Assembly (NCBI RefSeq): GCF_021869535.1
Contig: NW_026262690.1
Span: 59,768,001 to 59,832,000 of the forward strand
Direction of reading: 5' to 3'
DNA length: 64,000 nt
From: Mytilus californianus
Taxonomy: Eukaryota
A program made the position numbers and the translations under genes. Positions 23,590 to 37,535 of the stretch are shown one piece after another. Numbering within the stretch: the stretch's first letter is position 1; each line of letters opens with the position of its first letter. The notes under the pieces were generated by a model that saw nothing but the letters and a program-made list of their open reading frames with translations, made no database searches and had not been told where the DNA came from.

Positions 23590-23846
23590 GCAGGGCCTCT
23601 GTGGCCAAGTGGTCTAAGCAGTCCAACTACTGTATCACTAGCCCGTCAACACAGAGGTTGGGAGTTTGAATCCCACAGGTGGCCCCTGCGTTCGACTCCA
23701 ATCTTAATTCACTAGGATTGTCAGTTTTCCTACTCAAGGTCATGGTTCTCTCCAGGCACTCCTGCTTCCTCCACCAATAAAAACTTACCACCACAAAATA
23801 GCCTATAGTGCTGAAAGTGGTGTTAAAAACCAAACAATCAATCAAT
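23590..23846 (+). mobile_element. tRNA-derived SINE (V-SINE/RUDI-like)
   Basis: A box tggccaagtgg, B box gtttgaatccc, V-domain-like ctccaggcactcctgcttcctccacc and a (CAAT)n tail. 13-bp TSD cataccatataca at 23577-23589 and 23847-23859. Confidence 0.85.
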
Positions 23847-24521
23847 CATACCATATACAAAGGAAAATGACAGGAGAACATCCTGTCCTTTTCTATTACC
23901 AAATTTAATATTGAAAAAATCAGTATATATATAGTTTTTTGTAGTACTACTGTTCATTACTTGTCTTGTCTTCACTCAGGCTATTTAGACAATTGTCATG
24001 GTTGAAGCCCAATTATGATGACCTCTAGACATCATCTTTATGAATTAAGGTAGATGTATACCTCAATGAGATAGTGCATTTTTTTTGTATTTTGTTTTGT
24101 TTTGTAAGGTTGATGTTTTATTTTTATGGAAGAGCAGTTCACTCATCAGAAAAAAAGGAGACATTTTTCTTCAGAGGGAGACAGATGTTTTCATTACTGT
24201 GAGAGCATGGTGCATGTGAGCTTGCTTATTATGTGCAAAGAAGCTAGAAATAAAATGAATGACATGGGATTTAACTTAAACATAACAAATAAAATGTATG
24301 ATCATAAATTGAATTATACTCTTTTTACACATTATAAAGAGCTGTAATCAAAGGTTTATATTTTTGTGTTTTTATCATATCACAGACCTATTGTGTGATT
24401 AGGAGAAATAAATTGTGTACAATCAAACCTTAAAAAAAGTTTCAAAATGCATAGATATTACTACAGTGGGACAAAAAGAGGGTGACCAGACGAGAAGTAT
24501 TCTAAAAGAGGTGACCTTTTA

Positions 24522-24986
24522 GGTGTAATACCACCAAATCATAGTACGTCACATCTGGTTGCATACGAAAAAGGGTCGCATAAATATATTCCCTTGAATT
24601 TGACAGTTGTAGGAAATTAATCTTACATTTCATTGCAGTAAAAAAATTCTGAGTCATAAACATATATCCTGGGTGTTTCAAAGCACCATTCCTTTTTTAT
24701 TTGGTGTTTCTATAGAATATTTTGGAAACTTGAGGTTACATGGTTTCTAAAGCTTGTACACAGAAAAAGAAGGGGTGAAAATTTGATTGGTTAACTTCCA
24801 GTGATGGTTATTTTCTTATATTCAATAAAGTGTTATATGAAATTTTGTCTGTAGTACTGGAGAGGTTAAAACTTTACTCATGCCAAGTATTTCTTTATTT
24901 GAAACAAAGATAAATTCTGCACAATTTTTTGAAAAGTGCAAATTTAACAAAGAATAATAGGGGAAAATCAGTGGTGGTATTACACC
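24522..24986. mobile_element. 465-bp MITE with GG...CC termini and TTAA-like TSD (Kolobok-like)
   Basis: TIR ggtgtaataccacca / tggtggtattacacc; flanks ttta and ttaa. Confidence 0.6.
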
Positions 24987-25079
24987 TTAAAATAGGTCCA
25001 AAATATTTAAAAAAATTGTGAACAGTGCAACAATAAAGGCTGTTGTACTAACATCGTCACAGAGCCACTTTTAAAAGGT

Positions 25080-25770
25080 ATTTTTGTCCCTCGCACAACA
25101 CGTTGTTGGGGACATAGAATTAACGGGCGGGCGCCCGTCCATTGGGTCTTGTTAACGCTCTCTCATGTACAATTCTTGACAGATTTTTATGAAACTTACA
25201 TTGTAGGTTTAAATCAGCAATGTCTCAGACGAGTTTGAAAATCAGTGCGATTGAACTTTTTAAAAAAGAGTTACGCCCCTTGGAAACATTAATTATATGG
25301 AAAATTGCATCGTTAGCACTCTCATGTTTGCAAATCTTGCCAGATTTTAAAGAAGCTATATCATAGGTTTAAATTAACAATGTCTCGGACAAGTTTGAAA
25401 ATCAGTGCGGAATAATTATTTTAAAATGAGTTGAATTATTTTTAAAAGAGTTATGCCCCTTGGAAATATGTTTATATGGAAAATTGCATTGTTTGCGCTT
25501 CATGTGTACAATTCTTGCCAGATTTTTATGAAACTTATATAATAGGTTTATATCAGCAAAGTCTCAGACAATTTCAAAAATAACTCCTGATCAAATATTT
25601 TTTACGAGTTATGCTGCTTGGAAATATTAACTATGTTGGAAATTGCATTGCCTTTCTCTAAGATATTTATAAAAAATTATTATGCATATTAAAGAACCAA
25701 AAAATTTTTTTTTAAAGTTATAACCCTTGGACCTGAGACAGATAAAATATGTGCGACACAGTGGACATTG
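25080..25770 (-). mobile_element. HINE-like non-autonomous element with tandem internal units
   Basis: Terminal hairpin tgtccc...gggaca at about 25086-25113, and repeated units containing aatgtctcagacgagtttgaaaatcagtgcg. Confidence 0.5.
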
Positions 25771-27571
25771 AAACTCTGTTATCCTTTTAAAAGTGACTGA
25801 AAAAAATGAACTATTTTACAAGCCAAAAGAATAGTTTGTACTGCTCTTAATTTTTGGGTGGATGTTATAATTTACAATATATTTACCAAGATAAAGTTTT
25901 ATATCACTTTATTTTGAAACTCTAATACACCACTAAGTCTTGTTCTGAAAGATATATTTTTTTGGATTATATTAAAAATTTGGATTAATGATTGATTTCC
26001 CTCATCATTGCTCTTTAGATTTAGGGAAGTTTGAGCAATCCACCTTTCAGCAATAGAGCAATTGAACTTAAAACAAATTTGTTTCTCTGTTAATTATAGA
26101 TATACCGTAGATGAGCAGCTGTTTTCATGTAAACAAGCACGAAGAAAAAAAGTGTGGAAAACTGATTTGTCGGACTGATGGATGGACAGACAGACAGACA
26201 GATGAACGGAGTGCAAACCTAAAGTCCCCTTCGACTTTGTCGGTAGGGAACTAATAAAGATTGATATTGTTACCTTCTAAAGAAGAGTATGATTTATTTT
26301 TATGCTAAAATTATTTGGAGAACCAACAAAAAATTGGAATTGAAAGTAATGCACACTTGTAAGAACTATTCCAGTTTTACCAATAGCCCTGTGGGAAATA
26401 CCTATTAATACTCTATTTCAAACCTGCTATAGAGGTCACCTCTATTCTGCAAAACCTGTCTTGCCAGGTCACCCTCTTCTTATCCCATTGTAGTAATATG
26501 TAAGCATTTTGAACCTCAAAATTAAGGTCACCTCTCTTGTAAGGTCAGTTTTATCTGGTTCTAGAAGGTAATCTTCATATACAGGTTTGACTTGATCTTA
26601 TTTCCTATGTATTATGAACAATGTTCCTCCATCAAGTGACTATCCAAGTCTTAGATGATTCCAGTAGCAGAAAGAATGAATTTCACGAAGTGTGAGTTAA
26701 ATGTTTCAATGATATAGTATTATGGATAGAAAATAAGTTCACCTTCAAACGTTTTGCATTTTTTAAATAATATAGTTTTGATGTACTCGGTAGAGGGCTC
26801 AGATTGTTTTTAGAATTAAAAAAAAATCTTAGTCATATTTTTTTTAACAATTTATGTTTTAACTTTGTGTAATTAAATGGTGGCTTGTAATTGTAGATTA
26901 TTACATGGTATTTTCTATATTGAGTGTCAGTTGTAAGACCAGGATTCTGCCCAAGGTCTGAAATAAGCCCACAGATGGTACCTGATCTAGAAACTTAAAA
27001 TATAAATGATGTGGTCCAATATGTCATTGATACCAGGATCTATTTGAGATAAAAACTAAAAAAGCTGAATTCGATTTATAATGAAAATTCATATTGAAAT
27101 TCATATTAATCTTGGCGTTTGATATTTTGGGAAATATAGGTAAAAGTTCCATATGGCAACCACCTTTCAAAATAAACACAGTAATATCTTAGTTTATTAC
27201 CCGAGGATGCTATATGACAAACTATTCTTTATCAAGCCATCTTAAATGCACACACCATATATCTAAATATGTGTAGCATGTGGTAAGATATTTAAACTAT
27301 GAACTACCATGCAAATAATGGTGCAGATATTTCTGGCAACCTAATTCCTAATATATGCATTTGATTTAGAAATCTGAAAATAGTTTTGCAAACTACCGGG
27401 AATTGTTTCTTCGATACAGAATATTTTATCACTGTTTTCTGGGTATACTGTCCATGATTTATTTCTTGATGGTTCTTGTAGATAGACTGAATTGTAGGGA
27501 TTCAAAGATGTTGATAATTTAAATTTTGCCTTTTTTCTAGTGTTTTATTGATGTTTTCTCAGATGCATTTA

Positions 27572-27851
27572 GGGAGCTACCATTTGATTTTTATGGGGGG
27601 GCTAGGATGAAATTTGAAAAAAATAGGCAGGACAGGAGTTTTGAGTAAAAAAAAGGCAGGATGAGACACTTGCAAAAAAAAAAAAGTCAGGATGACAATT
27701 TAGGTAAAAAAAAGTCAGAATAAACTTTAAAAAAAAAGGCAGGACCGAATAGAGTGAAAAATAAAAAGGCAGGACAGAGATTACAACTAAAAAAAAATGC
27801 AGGACAAAAATTTTCATCCTAGCCCCCCATAAAAATCAAATGGTAGCTCCC
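27572..27851. mobile_element. 280-bp PIF/Harbinger-type MITE
   Basis: About 40-bp TIR gggagctaccatttgatttttatgggggg / ccccccataaaaatcaaatggtagctccc, TTA TSD on both sides, and internal aaaaggcaggac repeats. Confidence 0.8.
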
Positions 27852-28346
27852 TTACATCCTACATCTATGCATATTTTCGTATCAGAATTAACAATAAACT
27901 AGGTTCCATATAGACATACTCGACCATCTTCCAGGAGTTGTGATGAAAAGGAAGAAGCTGTACAGGGCCAACATTTTCAAAGTTCAATGTTGTTTTTCTC
28001 TAAACAAATTTAATGGACTGGATTATCCTACCCATGGTTACAATTTACAAGTTTTTCATGTACATATGATAAACCATGAAGGAAGAGTTGCGATGGAAAG
28101 GTAGGTGCTGGCTAGGGACAAAATATTCTAAGCTCAAAAAAGCATGTCTTTTGATAAATTCAATAGACTTGAGAATCCTGCTCACATGCATTTCTATATA
28201 CTAGAATTAGGATCTAGCAATAAACATGTACCAAGTTTTGTGGTAGATACCATAAACAAGAGGCTCTCAAGAGCCTGAATTGCTCACCTGTAATTCTTTG
28301 CTTAAATCTTTCATCAATAATTATTTTTGCCATTTACACTTTCTCT

Positions 28347-28601
28347 TGGGGCCTCGGTGGCCAAGTGGTCTAAGTAGTTCTACTACTGTTATCACTAGCC
28401 AGTCAACACTGAGTTTGTGAATTCAAACCCGGCTTGTGCAGGTGCACTCGACTCCAGTCTTAATTGACTAGGATTGTCAGTTTTCCTATCGAAGGTCGTG
28501 GTTTTCTCCGGCTTCCTCCACCAATTAAAACTGGCCGCCACGAAATAGCCCAAATGTTGCGCTTAAAAGTGGCGTTAAAACACCAACAATCAATCAATCA
28601 A
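28347..28601 (+). mobile_element. Second V-SINE/RUDI-like SINE copy
   Basis: Homologous to 23590-23846, with a (CAAT)n tail. 12-bp TSD tacactttctct at 28335-28346 and 28602-28613. Confidence 0.85.
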
Positions 28602-29606
28602 TACACTTTCTCTCCATCTATAATAATATTAAAGATAATAACCAAAAACAGTAAAATTTCATAAAAATAAACTATTTCAGCCAGTAACCATAGAATTGAT
28701 CTGAAAATTTCATAGCAGATAGATTTTGACTTATTCATCACTTAACCTCCATGTCACTTTTGCTCTAATTGCTATTGTTTTTGAGATAAAAGCCAAAAAC
28801 TGCATTTGACCCCTATGTTCTATTTTTAGCCAAGGTGGCCTTGTTTGTTAATGGATCAAAACTTCGGATACAATTTATAAACCAGTTACCCTAAGGAACA
28901 TTCAGTTAAAGTTTAGAAGTATTAGGTCCAGTAGTTTCAGAATAGAAGATTTTTAAATGTAAGCAAACATGATGAACAAATTGTGTAAAATTGTCTTTAA
29001 AGGGCAATAACTCCTTAAGGGGTCAATTGACAATTTTTGTCATATTAACTTTATTTTAGATCTTACTTTGCTGAACATTTTTGCTGTTTATAGTTTATCT
29101 TTAACTTCAATAATATTCAAGATAATAACCAACAACTGCAAAATTTCCTTAAAATTACCAATTTAGTGGCAGCAACACAATAATGGGTTGTTTGGTTCGT
29201 CTGAAATTTCAGGGCTGATAGATCTTGACCTGTTGAACATTTTTACCCATGTCAGATTTGCTCTGAGTGCTTTAGTTTTTGAGATATTAGCCTTATGTTC
29301 TATTTTTAGCCATGGCGGCCATGTTTGTTGATGGATCAAAACTTCAGATACAATTTATAAACTAGATACCCTTAGGAACATTCAGTTAAAGTTTAGAAGA
29401 ATTAGGCCCAGTAGTTTTAGAGGAGAAAAAATGTTAGCAAACATGATGAACAAATTGTGTAAAATTGTCAACAAAGGGCAATAACTCCTTAAGGGATCAA
29501 TTGACAATTTTGGTCACATTAACCTTTTTGTAGATCTTACTTTGCAAAACATTATTGCTGTTTACAGTTTATCTCTATCTATAATAATATTCAAAATAAT
29601 AACCAA

Positions 29607-30750
29607 TAAATTGCTTTGCCGAGCGCAGCTGGATACAACTGCAGAGGTCCAACCCTGAACAGTTGGGGCAAAAATGGACACAATATTCGCGTTTGATACA
29701 GGTCTGAATTTGGATTGTAATAAAATAATTGACATATAATTGGTTTCTGAATAACTGTAGTCAAAGAACTTAGAATTGGTTATATGATTTGAATTTATAT
29801 TCAATTTTTTGCTTTTGTGCAATACACTTTGCTGTTGCGAATTGACCCCCCCTCCCCCACAAAAAAAATTTACCCCCCCCTCCTTTATTTTTGCTTTTGT
29901 GCAATACACTATGCTGTTGTGTATTTTAACCCCCCCCCCCCCCCCCCCCCCACTCTTTTTTTTGCAAAAAAAATAATATTTGAAAAATTATTCTTTTTAA
30001 TTTCTGAAATCTGAAATGAGAAAAAATTGACCCCCCACAATTTCTTTTTACCCCCCCCCCCCCAAAAAAAAAATTCTTTCCCTCAAAATATGGGCATAAT
30101 CTCAATTCAAATTTCCAATGGAGTTTTCAACCATAATTACCCATCTAAGTACATCATAAAAGTCTTAAAATAGAAAATGACATACATAATCATGGCTAAA
30201 ATTAATATTCCTTAATAGTAACTTCTAAAAATAAATTGACAGCTAATCATCTCAATACAACATTTCTTTATACACAATTTAAAAGCAGTGTAAGGGAGGT
30301 AATCAAAATGTTGTGTTTGGATTACCTCCCTTACATTGCTTTGAAATTGTCTTATTTGTCTATTAACCAGGAAACCCTTGTTTTTCCCCATTGTTTCTAA
30401 ACGGTTTGATCCGTAACCCCCCAAAGCAAATCCTAACCATCCCTTTGTGGTATGGAAACTTGTGGTATAATTTCAGAGAGAGCCATACACCGTTCCACAA
30501 GTTATTGTCTGGAAACTAGAAAAATGCTTATTTGGGCCCCTTTTTGGCCCCTAATTCCTAAACTGTTGGGACCATAACTGCCAAAATCAATCCCAACCTT
30601 CCTTTTGTGGTTATAAACCTTGTGTTTGAATTTCAAATATTTCTATTTAATTATACTTAAGTTATTGTCAGGAAACCAACTGTCTTCGGACGACGACGAC
30701 GACAACGTGATATTAATATATGACCCCAAAATTTTTTGCGGTCGTATAAA
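29607..30750 (+). mobile_element. HINE-like family A, copy W
   Basis: Head gagcgcagctggatac...aaccctgaacagttggggc; (GAC)n microsatellite near 30690; 3' hairpin ending gcggtcgtataaaa. Confidence 0.7.
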
Positions 30751-33589
30751 AACTGCAAAATTTGACCATGTTTGTTGATGGATCAAAACTTTGGATACAA
30801 TTCATAAACTAGATACCCTAAGGAACATTCAGTTAAAGTTTGAAGGTATTTGGCCCAGTAGTTTCAGAGGAAAAGATTCTTGAAAAAGTGTACGGTGACG
30901 ACAGACGACAATGGACGCCAAGTGATGGCATAAGCTCACATGGGGCCCTTTGGGCCCAGGTGAGCTAAAAATGTATTAGGAGTTGCAATGACAAGGTCTG
31001 CTGGACAGGGCAAACATTTCAAAATTGAAAAAGGGGAAAACTTTTTTTTAAATGGGTGTGAACATCTTGCATTTTTTTACTTAACACTGTACTTAGTTTC
31101 ATGATATAGTATAAACTATGTTAGAGATGTGATGACAATGTTGGATCTGAAAACCTAAACTTTTATATAGAATATCCTATCCACATGCACATCTGCATTT
31201 TAGGATCAAACAATTTTCTAAGTTTCATGTAGATATGATAAACAATGTAAAATGAGTTGCTATGAAAAGATCCATTTTGAAAATGGTAGAACTAATATTA
31301 TGAAAATTCCTTCACTTGGTGATGTTTCATATCATGACATACTATTCTACAAAGTTGGAAGTGAATCAAACAAAGGAAAAATAGTTGGTACGAACAGATG
31401 GATAGACAGACGGAATTCTAATAACAAGGCCTTCTTGTTTATGTTTCTTGAACAGTATTTGTTCGCCTGTCCCAAGTCAGGAACCTCTGGCCTTTGTTAG
31501 TCTTGTATGATTTTTTAATTTTGGTTCATTTATATGTTTCTGAGTTTAGTTTGAAGTCCATTTTCTCAGAACCAGTATACATTTTTGTTTAAGGGCCAGA
31601 TAAAGCCCACCTTCAGGTGTGGGATTTTCTTGCTGTGTTGTAGACCCATTGTTGGCTTTGAGCTGTTTTCTGCTCTTTGGTCGAGTTGTTGTCTCTTTGA
31701 CACATTCCCGATTTCCATTCTCAATTTTATTAACCAAGTCACATTCTTTGTGTGCCTGTCCCATGTCCGTAGCCTGTTATTCAGTGGTTAGCATTGGTTC
31801 ATGTCTGTCATATTCGTTTTTCTTTGTAAATTGTAGTGTTATAAATTAGGCCATTAGTTTTCTTGTTTGAATTGATTTGCTTATTTCATGTTTTGGCCTT
31901 TTACAGCTGACTGTGCCATTTAGTTTTTTCTGATTGTTGAAGGCCATACAGTGACCTACAATTGCTTATGTCTTCATCATTTGAACTCTGGTGGATAGTT
32001 GTCTCATTGGCAATTATGCCACATCTCCTTTATTTTAAAACATATCCCTCATTATAATAAATCTTTGCTCTTCCATCTAAATGCCAAATGTTTGAGAAAG
32101 GGGTAAAAAACATTGAGCATGGTATCATCAAGCCAGTTTATGTTTGAAATGTATTGACACTAGATCAACTTTCTGCATTTTTTTTAGGGATCAATCATAG
32201 AAAGTCAACAAAAAGTAACACGATGTAAATGACTCTAGCAGAATCATAAATTCACAACTATTTACTATTTAGGAGAGAAAGCAAACTTAATCATATCATT
32301 CCCAATTTTAATATTAAATCTATAGTTCAAATCAACCACAGTTATATAATTTACAATTCAAAACCTCAGTATTAATAACAGATCATCCAGTATAAATAAT
32401 CTCATAAAATATGTATAACAATAATAATAATGGATTTAAACATGATGCAATAGCATCACATTTGCAAGTAAAAAGATTCTAATTATTGATCCACTAGAGG
32501 CTTCAAGGAACCTGTTTCACTCACTAAACACATGTATTATAAACTAATGTATGCAACTGCCATCACAATTTGACTCATTATCATTATAGTATTCAGGAAC
32601 ATCCTTCAACAATAGTTGCATGAAAAATATTGACTCCAATTTAAAAATTCACATACAAATGACAAATGTCATGCATAAAAATTTGTTAAAGAAACTTGAT
32701 TCATCAAAATAAATTTGAAAAAATTTCCAGAACGGTTAAATAATTAAATATCAAAGTCACTTTACTCACTAATGACAAATTGAAAAATACCACAATCAAA
32801 AGGAAATTTACTCATGAAACTTTCTTTTTTGTTTTTTTTTTAAGAAAAGAAAATTTATAGATATTGTGAAATATTTCTAAATAACCTATGGAAAGACGGA
32901 TAATAGCAGTCATGATATTAAAGTACAATAATGAATCACAGAAATTTAACATTAAGTTATAACAGTAGTGATGGGTTGCCAGGTCCTCTAAGGAAATGCC
33001 CTAAACATATTTCAGATCCATTTGAGGTTTGAGATGAACATTTTTTAAAAAGTTCACAGACCACAATAGACAAAAAGTGTCCATATCTATTCATTCATAC
33101 TGGTCTAATTAGTTTAACAATGGCATCATATAATTTCAAATCATTCTAAAAGAGAACAGCAGCAAATAATCAATCATTGGTGGCTTAAATTAGATGACCA
33201 AACAAAATAATATCAATGTTAATCTACTCTATTCACAATTATCAAAAGTTAATAGCCACATCAAACAAATTAATAATAAATATGTAAGTCTGTTATAAAG
33301 GAATGTAGAAATTTCAACAATTGATTAATAAACTGCTTCGCTGAGCGCAGCTGGATTAGCCTGCAGAGGTCTAACCCTGAACAGTTGGGGCAAAAATGGA
33401 CACAATATTCAAGCTTGATACAGGTCTGAATTTGGATTGTATTAAATATTTGACATATTATAGGTTTCTGAATAAATGAAGTCAAAGAACTTGAAATTGG
33501 TTATATGAATTGAATTTATATTCAATTAAAGATTTCTTACTGTTGTGCAATACACTGTGCTGTTGCACAATACTTAGTAAATATGTTGT

Positions 33590-34291
33590 CAGACTATAAA
33601 CAATTAAAGTTCAATTAATTCTCAATGTCAAATTAGAAATTTATGAAAATGTAAAGGGAGCTTACATCAATAGATATAAACAATTCACCAAAGTTTCATG
33701 AGAATTGCTGACAGCATTTTTGAGTTATTGTCCGAAAACTGGAAAATCCCCCCTTTTTTATTGAATAAAACCCCATAACTCAGAAATGTAAAATGTAATA
33801 TTTATAAAATTCTGAACGGTGCTTACATCAATAGATATAAACAATTCACCAAAGTTTCATAAGAACAGCTGAAAGCATTTCGATTTTTTGTCAGAAAACT
33901 GGAAAATCCCCCTTTTTTTATGAATTAAACCCTGTAACTCGGAAACGTAAAATCTAAAATATATAAAAATCGAAAGGGAGATCATGTCAATAAATAAAAA
34001 CAATTCACCACAATTTCTTGCAAGTTGGTGAAAGCATTCTTGAGTTATTGTCCCAAAACTGGAAAATCCCCCTTTTTTTAATGAATAAAACCGCATAACT
34101 CGGAAACGTAAAATCTAAAATTTATTAAAAACGAAAGGGAGCTCACATCAATAGATATAAACAATTCACCAAAGTTTTATGCAAATTGGTTAAAGCGTTT
34201 TTGAGTTAATGTCCGACATGTTGACGACGGACGTACCGTACAGACGGACAGAGGTATACCATAATACGTCCCGTAAACGGGCGTATAAAAA
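33590..34291 (+). mobile_element. HINE-like element with about 160-bp tandem units (family F), preceded by a truncated family-A head at about 33330-33570
   Basis: Four copies of cttacatcaatagatataaacaattcacc, an acgg-type microsatellite, and a 3' hairpin tacgtcccgtaaacgggcgta followed by an A-tract. Confidence 0.6.
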
Positions 34292-34296
34292 CTGAA

Positions 34297-35295
34297 CATA
34301 AACTGTGAACACAGAGATATGTCTCTCCTTTTTGTTATTTTGATAATGCAAATGTAGAAATTAAAATAGCAATTCTTTAACATGTAAATTATGCAATTAT
34401 TCAAAAGCCAATGAACCATGACTGAAGGGATATGGCTAAACAATCATCATGGAAATAAGATGTGTCAATGCTCATACAACTGCATACCAAATACCATTGA
34501 CTTATCATAAGTTGTTCCCTTCAAAACAAACCTCAACACAAACATTAACTTGTAAACTATGTAAAAGTTTCAAAGTCAATGAACCATGATGAGGGGATGG
34601 GGCTATATAATCTCCATGGAAATGAGACTTGCAAATGCCAATACAGTTGCATACCAAATATCATTGACTTAACATTAGTGGTTCATCTTAAACTGATCTA
34701 ATCAAAAACTAATACATGTAAACTAAGCAAAAGTTTCAAAGTCAATAGACCATGACTAAGGAGAAGGACCATATATTCTCCATGGAAATGAGATGTGCTA
34801 ATGCTTATACAACTGCATACCAATCATCATTGGCCTACCACTAATGGTTCCCCTACAACTGACCTAATCACAAACTAATACATGTAAACTAATACAAAAG
34901 TTTTAAAGTAAATAGACCATGACTGAGGGGGTGGGGCCAAATAATCTCCATGGAAATAAGATATGCCAATGCTTATACAACTGCATACAAAATATTATTG
35001 ACCTACCACTAGTGGTTCCCCATAAACTGACCTAATCACAAACTAGTACATGTAAAATACGCAAAAGTTTCAAAGTCATTAGACCATGACTGAGAGGGCA
35101 GGGTCAAGTAATCTCCATGGAAATGAGATGTGCCAATGCTTATACAAATACATGCCAAATATCATTGACCTACCACTAGTGGTTCACCATAAACCAGACC
35201 TAATCACTAACTAATACATTGTTGAAGCTGCCACCGCCGCTGGAAACATCATACCTATGTGTCGCTTTTTGACTCCATCAAGGCGAGACAAAAAA
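34297..35295 (+). mobile_element. HINE-like family B with 167-bp satellite monomers
   Basis: Monomer starts at about 34562, 34728, 34895 and 35062. The 5' tgtctc(g)cctt is inverted to the 3' aaggcgagaca. Confidence 0.7.
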
Positions 35296-35699
35296 CTGAT
35301 TAATTTCCCACTGTTGAACACAGAAATATTATAAAGTCATTGCCGTCATGGTTTTACTATACATTGTAGCTATTTATTGATGTTCACAGTAAGCTGACAC
35401 TTTTTGAATGCCTTTTATCAAATATCACAGCAAAATTCCATGAATTATGATATTTTCAAATAAGGAAGAGTACAAATGGTGTATCTGTAGAAGAATATAA
35501 AAACTTTGGATTAGGGATTAATATATGAATATGAGCAAATGATTACAAAAAAAAAAACAAAAGAAGAAACAAACAATGCAGCAATTTGCCGTCAGAGTAT
35601 TTTCAACCCTTTACAATATAACTAAACTCTAATAATTATATAAATAACTCAACTCTATAACATAACTAAAGACTTCAGATTTCTCAATTCAATGTAACA

Positions 35700-36290
35700 A
35701 CTGATTTCTCATAAAAATAAAGAATTGAAATGTAACCACTTTCTGTATCAATAGTTTAACATTACATATACTTAAGATTTCTCATAAAAATAAAGACTCA
35801 AAATGTAACCACTTTTTTGTATCAATAGTTTAACATTACAAACACTTAAGATTTCTCATAAAAAAAAGAGACTCAAAATGTAACCACTCTTTTGTATCAA
35901 TAGTTTAACATTACAAAGACTTAAGATTTCTCATAAAAATAAAAGACTCAAAATATAACCACTTTTTTGTATCAATAGTATAACATTACAAAGACTTAAG
36001 ATTTCTCATAAAAATAAAGACTCAAAATGTAACCACTTTTTGTATCAATAGTTTAACATTACAAAGACTTAGATTTCTCATAAAAATAAAGACTCAAAAT
36101 GTAACCACTTTTTTGTATCAATAGTTTAACATTACAAAGACTTAAGATTTCTCATAAAAATAAAAACTCAAAATGTAACCACTTTTTGTATCAATAGTAT
36201 AACATTACACACTCAAGATTCTCAATAAATACAGACTCAAAATGTAACAACTTTTGTGTCAATAGTTTTACATTACAAAGACTATACCTT
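35700..36290. repeat. Minisatellite, about 8 copies of a 71-75 bp unit, immediately 3' of the SLC35B2 stop
   Basis: gatttctcataaaaa recurs at about 35703, 35776, 35850, 35925, 36000, 36072, 36146 and 36217. Confidence 0.95.
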
Positions 36291-36334
36291 AAAACTATAT
36301 AAAGCTTCCACTCAAATAGTAATATATTGGATTT

Positions 36335-37437
36335 TCAGACCTTTGAAGTTGATGTATTTGAACCACTTGGCTTCTGAGATTTCTTTTTCTGATTTGCATA
36401 GATACGTAAAAATAAGGCGATAAACACAACTGCTATACCTATCATCCCTATTAATGTAACAGGATGTCCATATATGACACATGATAACAAGATAGCGAAG
36501 GCTTGTCTTAAAGTCATTATTATCGTGAATGTCACAGCTCCAAACTGTGAAATTGTGTAAAATATAAATAGCTGCCCACCGGCTGAACATAGACTTAAAA
36601 TAATTGCATGGACAACAAATAAATGATGTCTTGCCATGAATGCAAATGAGTCAAAAAACCCTCCCTGTTCTAATAGTGAGACCCCAGTTAGTAAACAGGA
36701 AAACATATTGACTCCTGTCATCATCTGTATAGAGGAAACCTTGTAACGTTTAAATAACTCTCCTTGCCAGTTTGATGTAAAACTGTCAAAGCCCATATAA
36801 CCTGCCAGTAGTATAACTCCAGATATTGTTGTGACGCTTCCTTTATGCCTGGTCACGTCACCACTATTCAGTAAAAACAATGTTACACCAACTGATATCA
36901 TACCAGCAGTTATATACTCATGGTATTGGTATGTCCTTTTTGATACAACTTTTCCCATTAACATAACAGGTATGACTTTTGAAGCTTTTGCTAATATCTG
37001 TGTAGGAAAACTAACAAATTTTAATGCTTCATACTGACACCAGCTACTCATAATGTTTGAAAATGAACTGAATGAGTAATTATATAGTGGAGTTGTATGA
37101 TGTGGTTGTCTTCGTAAAAATATTACTGTCATTCCAATGATAAATGCCAGAATTCTATTGATGAAAACTAAAAACTGAGAGTTTTTGAAGAATTCACCTG
37201 GTCCATCGCTTTTTCCATACTCAAATGTCATAATTCTCTCTTGAAGAACACCCCATGTCAGATAAGCCCCCTGTAGACCCACTAAACAAAACACCAAGGT
37301 TAAACCCCTCTTCACTGTATTTTGAGATTCTGCGGTCCCTGAAGAACTCTCTCCACCTTCTTCTGCACTCTCCAAGCTAACTTTTTCATCATTTCCAAAC
37401 ACACAATGTTTTATCAGGTTGGACATAAAAGAAGGAG
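36335..37437 (-). CDS. SLC35B2: PAPS transporter 1 (SLC35B2/slalom), last coding exon
   Basis: [61 protein letters not shown] and FDSFTSNWQ are characteristic of SLC35B2. The C-terminus ends in SKV. Minus-strand acceptor tttgtcttttcag at 37438. Confidence 0.93.
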
Positions 37438-37535
37438 CTGAAAAGACAAATACAAGTTTGGTAATAGAATTTAACAAATATGTTCACAATCATGGTGACT
37501 TGTAGTTATTCTTAATATCTGCCTGCTCATTTTTT

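Larger units (their letters stand above)
28253..30971 (+). mobile_element. Satellite-bearing HINE-like element (family C) hosting a SINE and a family-A HINE
   Basis: 5' gctcacctg is inverted to the 3' hairpin gctcacatggggccctttgggcccaggtgagc followed by an A-tract. Internal units are tandemly repeated. A related 3' end lies at about 4620-4897. Confidence 0.6.

Noticed and set aside
23590-23680. tRNA gene (A and B boxes present; likewise at 28347)
   Set aside because: No complete cloverleaf. The sequence continues into a V-domain and (CAAT)n tail and is flanked by TSDs, so it is a SINE head.
35700-36290. CRISPR-like arrays (also 37536-37672, 46375-46570, 63265-63485)
   Set aside because: The units abut with no unique spacers, there are no cas genes, and the context is a spliced eukaryotic genome.
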